A stretch of DNA of 64,000 nucleotides from Cyanophora paradoxa CCMP329 (Eukaryota > Plantae > Glaucophyta), in the NCBI GenBank assembly GCA_004431415.1, contig QPMI01000047.1, positions 1 to 64,000 on the forward strand, in the 5' to 3' direction. Both the position numbers and the translations under genes were made by a program. Each line of letters starts with the position of its first letter. Position 1 is the stretch's first letter. The notes beneath the pieces are model-generated. The model was not told where the DNA came from. It worked only from the letters and a program-made list of their open reading frames with translations, and did not search any database. Below are positions 41,331 through 53,436 of the stretch, in pieces.

Positions 41331-44300
41331 TCACGGAGACGCGACGCCGGCGGCGGGCACGTGCGTCGCCTCGCGGCTCTCCGACGGCGGCGCCGGCGCC
41401 GACGACTCCATCTTCACCTGAGCCGGCCGCCTGAGCCCACTTCTTCCCCCCCCGGCTTCGTCCGCACGCACCATCTTGACGGCGGGCTGGGGCTCCGTGG
41501 GGTCCTCGTCCGCCTCCTCCATCGTCTTCCGCTGCGCCGAGAGGCGCTCAGGCGCGCCCCCGTCTAACGCCGTGTCCCTCCTAATGGAGGGGGCGCACCG
41601 GCTCCTGGGCGGGGTGGGCGTCCGGGGAGCAGGTGCCGTGCAGCCACTGCACCGGCGACGAGTCGTTCGAGATGAGCTCGTGGCTGCCCGGGGGGGGGTA
41701 CAGTGAGCAGCGGGCCGAGGGGGGAGCGAGCTAGCTGGGGGGAGGCCGCCCCCCCGCACCTCGTCTTGGCGAGCTTCTGCTTGTAGAGGATGACCGGGAA
41801 GTCCTGCCGGTCGTAGCTGCGCCCCGGGTGGGGGTACGAGGTCAGCCCGCGCGAGCGATCGGGTCCGCGCGGGGGAACGCTCACCCGAACGGGTTCTCGA
41901 GCTCGTGGGCGAACTGCGGGGTACGCGTTCGAATGAGTTGGGGAGGGGGGAGGAGCGGGTGGGGCCGGGGGTAGAGGCACCTGGAGGATGCCCTCGTAGA
42001 TGAAGATGTTGAAGGTGAGCCACGCGTACCCGAAGAGCAGCTGCGCGCGTACCCCCGGGGCCGGCCGCGTGAGAGGCCGCCTAGAGTGCGATGAGGGGGG
42101 TACGGCACCTTGTAGATGTACTTGTTGTCGAAGCCCTTGGCGATGATGCCGCCGGCGTACACAGTCATCAGGAGCAGGTGGATGCTGCGCGGGTCGGCTC
42201 GGAGGGGGTACGGGAAAGAAGGGAGGGGGGCGCGTTACCGGGTGAGCATCGTCATGAGGTAGACGTAGCTGCGGGGGGGGGGGGGGTTGGGGGGGGTAGA
42301 GGGCGAGCCCGGCCGGGAGAGGGTACAGCTACCGACCCGTAGGGGATCTGGGTGTCGAGGTACATGAAAATGTCGGACGCCGACGAGCGCATGCGGCAAA
42401 TGTTCTCCTGCATGATACTGGACCCCCGCGTAAGCAGGGGTGCGAGAAGAAGGCGCGGGCGGGGCGGCGGACCGCATGCCGGTCGATCCGCCACTGCGAG
42501 GGGCCGACGTCAGGGGGGGTACACAAAAAACGGGTGGGAATGGTTGGAGGGGGTACGTACACGTTGAAGACGAGCCCGCGCTCCATGGCGCGCGTGAGGA
42601 GGTCCGAGGCCCAGCTGCGGGGGGTACGCGTCAGAAAGAAAGAAAGGGAGGGAGGGGGGAAGAGAGGAACGAGTCGGAGCAAGGCCACAGGGGGCTATAT
42701 ATAGCGCGCGAGGGCCCCGGGCGGGCGACTCGCCTGTAGACGACGTGGGTCTTGTAGGACGAGTGCGCGAGGATCTCGCGCTCCTTGGCGGTGATCAGGC
42801 CTGCGCGTGCCGGGCGGGGGCGCACGATCAGCAGGGCGCGGCGGGTGGAGGGGCGAGCTTCAAAGGCGAGCCGGCGGGCCGGCTAGCGGCGGGGCGGGGC
42901 CGACGGGGCGGGGCGGGGCGGGGCGGCGGGGGCGGAACCATGCTCTGGAGCGGCGGGGCGGGGCGCGGGGCGGGGCGGGGCGGGGCTAGCGGGGCGGGGC
43001 GGGGGCGGACCCATGCTCTGGATGTACTCGAGGTCGTCCTCCTCGCGCGCCTGCTGGTACACCTGCGGGAGGAAAGGGGGCACGCTTAGGCTCCTTTCTG
43101 GCGGGGCTGGGGATGGAGAGGGGGGAGGGGGGCGCGAGGGCGCGAGGGCGCGGGTGGCGTTGCTCAGGGGCGCGCTTAGGCCTCTTTCGGGCGTGGGGGG
43201 AGGAGGGGAGCGGGGCGCGGGGGCGCGGGCGGCGAGGCTCAGGCTTCGTCTTAGGCTCGGGCTCGGGGCTCGGGGGCGGGCGCACGAGGGCGTGGGCGGC
43301 GTTGAGGTAGCGGACGAGCTCCTCCCGGACCTTCTGCACCAGCTCCGCCTGCGACCGGGAGTAAGAGGTGAGGAGGAGGGCGAGGAAGGCGGAGAGGGGC
43401 GCGGGGAAGGGAAGGGCTCTGTCTGGGGCGCTAGGGCAGAGGAGGGGGCGCGCGCCCACCTCCCCTAGGAGGGCTCTCTCGAGGCCGCTAGGGGAGAAGA
43501 GGGCGGGGGGGGCGGGGGCGGACCTCCTCGGGCTTGGGGGACTTGATGTAGGCGACGGAGAGCATCGCCATCTCGTTCGTCAGCGACATGATCTTCTGCA
43601 CGTACGTCCGGCAGTCCCACCACCTGAGGCGAAGGCGGGATCGAGATCGTGCAGAAGAACGCTGGATCGGATCGGGTCGGGTCGGATCAAATCGGACCGC
43701 TTGAAGCAGTTGGAGATGAAGGCGCCGAGGAGGAAGGCGACGAGGGAGGAGAAGGAGAGCAGCGACGAGTCCATAAGGAAGGTCGGCGGCAGGCACCAGC
43801 CCCACCGCTGCGAGGCGCGGCTCAGAGTTGAGCGGATTTGATCCGACCGACGGGGCGCGCGCGCGCGCGCGCGCTCGCGCACGCACCTCGCCGATGTGGT
43901 AGTCCTTGGTGTCCTCGCCGGGGCAGCGGATGAAGCCCAGGCCCGTGGCGAAGGCGCACAGCAGCAGCGCCTTCAGGACGAAGGTCCACCTGCGGGCGAG
44001 CGAGCGAACGAAGAAAGGGGCTCCGATGAGCGGGGCGAGGCGCGAGGCCGGGCGGGTGGATGAGATTTGATTTGATCCGCGCACTGGACGATGGTGCCCT
44101 GTCCGGAGGCGGAGGGTCGTTGGAGGCGGCGGCGGCCGCCGGGAGCGGCGGCGGCGGGCGGACCTTGATGATGAGAAAGCATCCGTACCAGGCGAAGGCG
44201 CGGTCCGTGTCGTAGCTGCCGGTCAGGTCAAGCGGGCTCTTTCGGTGGCCGGCCGTTGCACGCCCCGCGGGTGGCGGCCGCGGCGCACCGGATAATCTGT

Positions 44301-44570
44301 CCCTCCGAGCTGAGCGTCGTCACGGAGAGATGCTTCTCGATCGCCGTGTCCTGCTGGATCGTCTGCAGGTGTTCGAAAACGCGCGGTCAGTTTCAACGCC
44401 GGCGGCAGTCCCGCGGCGCGGCAGCAGATCCGAACGCCTCCGGAGGCCGAGCTAGAGACGCCCGACCGAAAGGAGACACGCGCATCCGAGCGAACCTGCT
44501 TCTTCTTAAAGCTCATCGCCCATTGCGAATACTTCTTCTCATCGCCTCCCAGCTTCGGATTGCGGCCCAT
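41331..44570 (-). CDS. Bestrophin-family anion channel (spliced)
   Basis: SSLVAFLLGAFISNCFKRWWDCR, ELVRYLNAAHAL, YLDTQIPYSYVYLM, FAHELENPFG-YDRQDFP. Confidence 0.88.
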
Positions 44571-47500
44571 GGTTGGATGTTGGTGCGAACTGCTTGCTTC
44601 GCGGGCGGTTATGCGGAACCGCCTGTACCCGGGCTTTCGGTTGACCACGTACCCCGACGCAAAGGCCAAAAGCATGTCCGCCGAGTTCCAGGGTGCGCGC
44701 GCTCTCCCCGTGTCGCCCATCGACCCACGTTAACGCCTTGGGCCTATCAGAAAGCGATCGCGGACGCGCAGAGCCCGAGCTCGAGGTGCAGGCGGCCGCA
44801 GCGATGGCCCGCGCGGCGGGAGGCGACGTTGGGCTCGAGCGCGATCTGGGAGAAGGTCCGCAACTCGGCGCACTCGACGCGCCGCTCTCGCCTTGTCCTG
44901 CGCATCGATGCACCACTCAATATTGCAAATGCGCCGCGCGCGCGCGGCCGCGGCCGTCGCTAGCGCTAGCGCCTAGATTCTCTTGCGCTGGCGCCGGCAG
45001 CGCCTGTAGATCTGGACTTCGTCGCAGGCGCGAAGGCGGCGTGCGTCACGAGCCGCTGCGCCGCGGAGGCGGCAGACGCGGACTCGGGCGGCTGGGGCGG
45101 CGGCGGCGCCGAGATGGGTGCGATCAATTTCCGTCTCCAGACTTCGAATTCTAGATCTCCTCGCGATCGCGCTCGGGCTCTTCGCTCGATTTTGAAGCTC
45201 AAGGCCGAGACGCAGAGTTCGAGACGAGCGCGGCCGAGGGCGTCTCGCCGACGGCCGCGGACCCGGACTACGAGATCGCGCGAGCCGCGGCCGCCGAGGC
45301 CGAGCTCGCGCGGCTCCGGCAGCCCGGCGCCGGCGGCCGCTTCCTCTCCGGATGAGCGCGGCGCCCGGCGCGCTCGCGCGCGCAGGCCTAGGGTCTGGGC
45401 GCAAATGTAAATACCTTATAATTAGCTTTCTTGTCGGCTGCAGAATTCAATTTCAATGTGTAGACTAAAGCTCTCGCTCCGCGGCGCCTCGCGCCGCCTT
45501 GGCCGTGGCCCGGGGCGTTTCGTCCGATGGGGCGCCCCCTATCGAGGCGCCGTGGCCCCGGCGGGACGCCGACCTTCTTTTGAATGAATCTGATGTGGCT
45601 TTCACGGTGGCCAGCTGGCCATGGGGCCTGTGCTTGCGGGCCGGGGGCGGCACGCGCGCGAGCTCGGGCTCGAGCGTCGGCTTTATACAGGTCCCCACGC
45701 GGCCCCACTCGAAGGCACCGGAAGACCTCTGCGGGGGCCGCGCCCCACGCAGCGAGGTGCAGCGGCGCCCCGCCCTCCCCGGAGGCCTCCGCCGCCGCCG
45801 CGCTGGCCCGCCGCCCCGCCGCCGCCCATCACCGGCGCTGAGCTCGAGCTAGCGCTCGAGCCTGCAGCTAGGCCAGCAGGCTAAGCAGGGTACGGAGGCG
45901 GCGGCAGCGCTAGCGAACCCGTCGCATCGGCCTCAGATCTAGAGGCGGCGCCCTCCGAGCTCTGCGCATGCTCTATGGGCCCGCTTGCCCAAGTTGAGTT
46001 GGAGGCGCCGTGGGCGGCCCGCCCGTCGCCGGCGCTGAGCTCGAGCCTGCACCTGCAGGCAGGTCCACCGTCCACGCGTACGGTAGGGGTGCGGCTTGAC
46101 GGCCAAAAACTTGGCTTTAGTCAATTTGCAAGCCAAGCCCGGGGCGCTCGCGGCCAAGCCAATTGCAAGCCAAGCCGCCCAGCCAGCTGCAGCCCGGACA
46201 ATTGCAAGCGCTTGGCCACTTGGCCGGGTCAAGCGCTTGGCCATGGCCCGGCTTAAAGCTTGAGGCAAGCCGAAGGGGGGGTACCCTTTCACATGCCCTT
46301 GCAATTGGCGCCGCAGCGAAATGCTATAGCTAGCGCTAGCTATATAGCGCTCATTTTGCTTTGAATTCGAAAGAAACACATCTAATTTGATCTAAACACA
46401 ACATGTACAGCCGCTAGCTGAGCTGCCAGGCTGCTAATATAACCGTGAACTAGCTATAGCTATATATAGCACTCAGTGCACGTGACATCGACTTTTTTAG
46501 TAAACATGTACAAATTCGAGATCGATAGAGATCGATATATATATATATCACGTACGTGCACACTGTACACTCTTCTCCGTAGCTATAGAGCGATCGATAT
46601 GCAATCGCGATGATATCGCGATCGATCGCAGTCGACGTCGTTGCTCACTCCACCCGGTCCAGTCGACGTCAGGCACGGTCAGGGCCGGTCAGGCTGACTC
46701 AGGCAATGAGCCTGATCATGATCATGAACTTCGGACTCCGGGAATTCGAACGAGTGACTGTTGGCCGCCGGCGGCCCGGCGCCGGCGCCAGTGTACATGT
46801 TCGGCAGAATCGGCACTGTTCGCACTGTTCGCGATCGGTCACAAATATACTACTATATATAATATCACGTCACAATTGCAAGTGAAAAAAAAGGCGGTAA
46901 TTCATGATTTCGCAAAATTTCGGCGAATTCCGGAAAATTCCCAGCGAATCTTCAAGTTCCGGATCTATCCAACGAAAAACAATTCCCGAAACGTCCGGAT
47001 CCAACTATTCAAGTTTTTTGTTCAATCGCGAGATTTCGGACCATTTGGCAAATCTATCAGGGGAATCTGAGGGGATAGCAAAGCATATCACTGTTATCCG
47101 GAAAGTTGATTACATTGAAACGACAATTGCAACTCAGTGAGTCAGCGAAAAAATCTAGAATTCGAAACTTGATCGATCGGTACTGATCATGACGTCGCGA
47201 ATCGTCGTCGACCGTCTGCGAGGCTCCGAAAGCCTCTCAGACTCGTCCGGATCCAGATTTAGATCAGAGGATCATGATCATTGGATGTTTTGGATCGCGG
47301 GGCCCAGCTGCGCATGCAGGGATCGGACCGGATCGATATCCGGATCCGGATTCCGGAGTCCGGACCCGGGGTCCGGACTCCGGAGTCCGGACTCCCCGGT
47401 GAGTCCCACAGACTCTGGCACCGAGTCCCCGCCGACTCCCCGGACAGGGCCTGCTGCAGCCTGCAGCAGCCTAGCCGCGTAGTAGCCTGCATGCGGCGCG

Positions 47501-47609
47501 CGCGGTGCGCATGCGCATGCTCAGCGGCAGCCACGGTTTCCTAGTAACAGTAGTGATCATGAGCGGTGTGTGAGCGGCACTGAGCGCTACCATAGACTCT
47601 CTGAGAACA

Positions 47610-47884
47610 CATAACTTCGGAACACATAAATACCGCGCCCACTTAATTACCGCGGTACCAAATAACCGCGCCGGAAGTTTGTTAAAACGCGGTAATTTGG
47701 TACCGCGGTAATTCTCTCCTGAGAAGTCGCCCCATACAGTACCCCCTACATTCACCGCCCCATACAAGCCTCAAAAGTTTTAACCCGCGGTAATTTGGTA
47801 CCGCGGTATTTTGCTCTATGGCGGGCCGGGTTTGAAAACGCGGTAATTTATATGCCGCGGTAATTATAATTTAGTGCCCGACGG
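47610..47884. mobile_element. MITE related to 18330..18605, with CCGCGG subterminal repeats
   Basis: AACACATAAATACCGCGCCCACTTAATTA matches the end of the 18.3-kb MITE; right end ..ACGG|TA; repeated (TAC)CGCGGTAATT. Left end uncertain. Confidence 0.6.
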
Positions 47885-48393
47885 TAGATGCAGGCTGCAG
47901 CTGCAGTGCAGACTCTGAGACTGCCAGCAGTGCTGCACGCGCAGCCTGAGCCGGCGCCCGGCCTGGATCGGATATGGTACCGGAGTATCGATATCATGCT
48001 GCATCATCCTGCATGCATGCAAGCACTGGCACAGCTTGGTGATCCGATCATCGCATCATGTTCATCATCGGAATTAAATCTGCCGCATGGCACATGCGCA
48101 GTGCTTGGCCGCGGGCGGGGGCGCTTACTATGATGATCAGTCACTGGGACTCACGTGCACTGCGCATGCAGTCTGCACTGCAGCTGCTAGCGCTAGGCTG
48201 AGTCTTGAGGTTCACTGAGTCAGATTCGTCGGGCATTTCGTCCCACCGTAGTACTAGGCTGTAAACTTTTGAAAAGAGCTACGCTTGCACTAGTACTTCA
48301 GCTCAAGAGCTCTCGCAGCGGCCGCCTCATGCGCAGCGCGAACCTCAACTTGGCAAGCTTTTAAGATGGTCCGGCCGTAATCAGGGAATTCGA

Positions 48394-49781
48394 ATGTATG
48401 ATCCCTTAGCTTCGATTCCCTCGGGCCTGCGTCTGCCGCACGCGCGGCCGGCGCCCCCGCGGACGCAAACGACCCGAATTCGAAGCCGGAGGCGGTCCAT
48501 CCATCTTTGCGCGTCGATATCCATAGACGTCGAAGTGGAAGCGATCGACTTCGGTGGCCATAGGCGGCAGCTGCAGACGGCGCGCAGAGCCTCTGTGCCT
48601 TGCAATTACCTTTGTCGCGCCGACACCGGCCGCGGCGTTGTCAAGCTTGACGGTCCGGCAAGGACCGCCCGCACCTCGACTCCTTCCGTACGAGGCAATA
48701 TTGGCACCAGTATACGTACGGCGCCTGTGCATGTGGACAGATGCCTTGACCGCTCCATATGCATGCATATGGCCACCATACACGTTGACATGTATACGTG
48801 CATCGCGGGGGCCGGCCGCGCGTGCAAGTGGCGGAGCTCGCGATCGGGGTGCCAAGCTTCGAGCCGGACTGCTATCGCGAGGCCGCTCTGTTCCTGCCGG
48901 CTTCAAATCCTCATTGCTGACGATAATGAGGTGCTTTGGTTCATCGCAAATCTGAGCCCGGCAGCTAAATTAAAGACTCCATAGACGCCTTCATGATCAC
49001 CTCTTTCAAATCGAATTGAGACTCTCGCGATCGTGCACAGATGAACAGGGCCATCGCCCAGCGCGCATTCGGCGCCGCGTGCCCCAAGGGATCCGTTCGA
49101 TCCGTGAGCAACGGCAGGGTGCGCGCTCGTGCCGGCCCGCATCGACGTCGACGGTCCTCAAATTTGAATTTAATGATCAATGAGAAGCTCAAGCTCTAGC
49201 CCGGGGGGCCGGCCCAGCCTAGCAGCGCGCGCGTCGCCTCCGATTTCATTTTCTTATTTTCCGTTTTTCCTCTTCCTCCTTCGCGTGTACAGGAGGCGGT
49301 GAAGGCCTTCTGCGAGCTGCTCGCGGCCGGAGCCCGTCCCTTCGATGTCTGCGTGCTCGACTGCGAGATGCCGGTTCTGACGGGGCTCGAGGTGCCTTCC
49401 CAACCCCTTTTCATGTTTCCTGTGCTTCATTTGTCTGCTCCGGATCGGTTTCGCGATGCCAATGACACCCTGCCCGGTCCGCATTATCACGATCAGGCCG
49501 CCGAGGCGATACGCCGTGCGGAGGCGGGCAGGCCGAGCTCGAGCGGGGGCGGTGCGCCCTCGAGCTCGAGCTGCCGATCGGCGCTCGTGCTCTGGACCTC
49601 TCTGGACGTGCGCGCGCGGCCCCTGCGGGAGCAGTGCAGCGCTGCGGGCTTCGACCGCGCCTTCTCCAAGCAGGAGGGGCTCGGCGCCGTCGTCGCGAAG
49701 ACGCTCTCCCTCCTGCCCCACGACCCCTCGTGCCCCTTCTTCGGCCTGCAGCCCATGGCCAGCGATCGCGACGCGGAGTGA
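48394..49781 (+). CDS. Response-regulator receiver-domain protein (spliced; start uncertain)
   Basis: LQILIADDNE, MNRAIAQRAF, FDVCVLDCEMPVLTGLE, AAEAIR, LVLWTS, AAGFDRAFSK. Confidence 0.75.
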
Positions 49782-50466
49782 TCATGAGATGGCGATTTTC
49801 TCGCGACCGGCTCCGGGCTTATAATTATACTAGGGGCCCGGCCGCGTTTGGCGCGCCGGGGGTGCAAGGGGGGAATCGGGAGCCAATGAAAGAGTAGTAG
49901 GTGCACGAACATGCACGGGGCAGATGTAGATCGACCCCGGCCCAGCGCGCGCGGCAGGTTGAAGTAGAAAAGATAGAGACAGATTATATATGATTGAAAA
50001 GAATAGGAAAGGGATGATAAGCAGACGCTGGGATCTAACCGAATAAAGAAAAGCCTGAATGAAAGGCCAGATTGAGCGCACTGTATATGAAAGATTGTTC
50101 TGGAGCGAAAAAACTCTGCGCATCAACTGTGTGAACAGCTGGCTAAAAGATGATGGTGCTGTCTGCAGAGGGCTCGCCGTAAACATAGGCGATCCAGGCC
50201 TTCCTACGCGCGGGGCCGGGCCGAGGCGACACTCGAGGGTGCGGACCGCCCGGCGCGAAGGGACAGCCGCCGGGGCGCCAACGACGTTGGCGCAGCGCTA
50301 GCGATGCGGCTGCGAGCAGAGGCTGGATCGCGAGGAAAACTTTGAAAGCTACGCGGTACGGGACACTCCGGCCCACGGGCCCGGGGCTGCGCGGGCGTCG
50401 ATACACGTGCTGCGGTGCAAGCTTGATGCAGTGAAAAGTAGTCCAGGCGGCACGGGTACGTATATA

Positions 50467-50622
50467 CCGTGCGGCGTACGCGGCGCACTGCGAGGAAGTG
50501 GAAATCTAGAGGAGATCGAGCAAGATCTAGACAGCTAGGGAGAAGTGGTTCCGTGCGGCGTACGCGGCGCAGTGCGAGGAAGTGGAAATCTAGATGAGAT
50601 CGAGCAAGACAGCTAGGGAGAA
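50467..50622 (+). repeat. Direct repeat, 84-bp period
   Basis: CCGTGCGGCGTACGCGGCGCASTGCGAGGAAGTGGAAATCTAGA at 50467 and 50551. Confidence 0.85.
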
Positions 50623-51555
50623 CTCCAACGAGTCCATGCAGAACCGCGCAACGAGCTAGCCGAAATCTAGAGGAGACAGCTAGCTATAGGGAGAACTGGT
50701 TCCATGCAGAATCGCGCAAGGAATTCGAAGACCGGAATGAGAGACTCTGCTGAGAGAAGTTGCCAAGTTGGTTTCCAGGCGTCAAGTCGAGGAAAACTGG
50801 TCTTCGCCCTCGAAAACCTCTTTTTGCATGGACGGCCGCAGCGACAAACACGTGTCGCTGCAACCGAATTTCCACTCATTTTTTTCCCGCGTTGCAAACT
50901 GGACCTCGAAAACGGCCTCATATATAGAAGAATTTTGGCTGAAGCAAGGGAACGGGTAGCAAGGGGGCCCCTTCCCCCCTTGCAATTTAGGTCAGATTTC
51001 GAAAGTACTACCTATAGTTTATATAGATTAAGCTAGCGCGAAAGAGCTTTCTTTCTTTTCTAGCTGACCTCGAACTCTCGATCCGATGATCTGCCAGCAC
51101 ATGCATATCATAGTATGTATACGTACATGCATATAAATATTTCGAAGTTCGACGTCGACGTCGCACCTTGTAATTGCTTATTCCTCTTCAACCACTGCCA
51201 GGCCGCGGCCGAGCCGTCGCTTGCAATTGTACATGTGTTGCCTCTTCCACAGCCGGCGCCTCGATCTAGTTCACAGACACATGTACGTATACCACGGGTA
51301 TACAGCCATTAGCTTCATCTCCTTCTTCCGTTACTGTTGCTACGTATACCTCGTCTCTAGATCTTCAGGCTTGTCTCTGGCTCAACGGCTGTTAGTTCTA
51401 GTGCATACACCTGCTGCGTCCTTTATATAATTAGCTCTGCTGCTACTTCTTCTCCTACTCGTTCTCCTTATCTTTTGCGTTCTCGTGATCGTGTCTTCTA
51501 TAATTTAATTTGTGATTGCTTTATTGAAAAAGCTAAAAAGTGACTGCTCAGTCAG

Positions 51556-53436
51556 CTAGAACACGCAGGAAGTCTGCGAGCCGGGCGGGGAGTTCTTTGA
51601 AGGCGGACGGGGGTCGACGTTGGCTCGATCGCGAGAGCCCGAGCTTCGCCCCGGCGCCCGCTGCAGCGCTGGCGCAGCGCCGGCTCGCGTCGGCGTCTGC
51701 TCGCTCGCGCTCGAGCTGGCGCCGGCGCTCGCCCCGCGAAGGCCCACGCCCAGGGACGAAAGGCGCGCCTCCAGCTCGGCCACGCGCCGCCGCGCCGCCG
51801 CCGCGTGCGCCCGCGCGCGGCTGCTTCTCCGCCAGCCCGGCCTCCCCGATCGCGACATCCTCGCCCCAGCGCTAGCTCTGCGCGCCCGGCACCGGACCCG
51901 GGAGTGCGCTCGAGCTCGAGACCTACATGACGGAGCAGGCGCGGGTCGTCGACGTCGCTGGGTGGGGCGGCCGGCCCCTGGCCCGAACCGAAGGCGGAGG
52001 GGGCGGCCTCGGGCTCGCAATCGGAGGAGCGTCGCTGGCGCTGCCGCGCGTGCCCGGCCCCGCCTCCGCCGCCGCCGCCGCCGCCGCCTCCGCCGCGGCC
52101 ACCTCGCGCTCGAGCTGCGCGATCCGGGCCTCGAGCTGCGCGCGGGCCCGAGGTCACCGGGGGCCCATCCTGGCCGCGAAATCGCGAGCGAAAGCCGCGA
52201 AAAAAAAAGCGAAGCTTAAAATTTCGAGGGGCCTTTCCGCACCGCCGCGAGCTCGAGCTCGCCGTCGCAGGCCGCTGTCGCCGCTCGTGCGCCGCCGGCG
52301 CCGCCCTCTCCCGGCCCCTGCCGCACCCCATCGACGTTTGATCGCGCCCGGCGCCCGCCACGCGCGCCGCACCGCACGCGGGAGGCTGTGCCCGGTCGCG
52401 ATCGGCGCTGCCGGCCCCGCGCCGGCGGGCTCGCTAGCGCTAGCGCTGGGCCGCCCCACCGCCGCGCCCGCGCCCGCGCCCGCGCCCGAGGGGACGGCGA
52501 CCGACTCCAGCAGGCGATCCAGGCTCTGCCCAGGCCGGAGATCAAATCGGAGCGAGATAAGAGGGGGGGACCGGACCGGGAAGAAAGAGGGGCCGGGGTC
52601 GCGGGGGAAGGGCAGCGCCGGCCGCCGCGCGAGGCTGTACTCTAGTGCCGCGGGGATCTGCGCGCGCGAGTCTAGATCTGCAATTGCAAGGTAGCATGCG
52701 GCGCAGCCGCGAGCCTCTATAGCTATGCTGCGTTTTCTCTAGTTGCCTCTCTGCCTCTAGATCTCTTGTTGTGTTGTGAGCTAATGCAAGAGCTATAGGT
52801 GTCCGACGGTCCGCGGCCCGGGTTCGTCCGCTATCGATGGCCGCGGCCCGCCCCATCGCGAGTGGAGTGGAGTGGGATCCGTGCACCTGAAGGTCGGAGA
52901 GGAGGAGGGGGCGGACGGGGACGCCCAGCGCCCGGGCGCGCTGCGCACGCGCGGATCCGGAGGCGACGAGTCGGGCCATGGCCAGAAGGCGAGGATCTAG
53001 ATTTAGATTGCGCAAGGTAGGGCCGTTCTAGATCCGGGCGCGCTGCGCGCGCGCGGATCCGGAGGCGAGTCGGGCCGGGCCAGAAGGCGAGGATCTAGAT
53101 CTAGATCTAGACCGGGCCAGAAGGCGAAGATCTAGATTTAGATTGCGCAAGGTAGGGCCGTTCTAGATCCGGGCGCGCTGCGCGCGCGCGGACCCGGAGG
53201 CGAGTCGGGCCGGGCCAGAAGGCGAGGATCTAGATTTAGATTGCGCAAGGTAGGTTTACGTAGCGACGGCTGACCTCGGCGCGGGCGCGGAGGGCGGGAG
53301 CCGGCGCGCCGTCCCGCTGCTGGACCCGGACGAGGGGCACGAGGGCGGCGCACCGCGGCGAGGCGAGCGCCGCCCCCGCCTCCTCGGAGGATGCCTCGAG
53401 GGGCCCCCCGGGGGACTGCAGCTGCGCGCATCGCAT
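51556..53436 (-). CDS. Hypothetical Ala-rich coiled-coil protein (spliced, structure uncertain)
   Basis: TATAAATAGG at ~53470 on the minus strand; coil-like segments AQLEARIAQLERE and RRVAELEARLSSL. Confidence 0.35.
52932..53253 (+). repeat. Tandem ~100-130-bp repeats
   Basis: Three copies of CCGGGCGCGCTGCGC..GGCCAGAAGGCGAGGATCTAGAT, with TTAGATTGCGCAAGGTAG also present three times, plus a partial copy. Confidence 0.85.
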
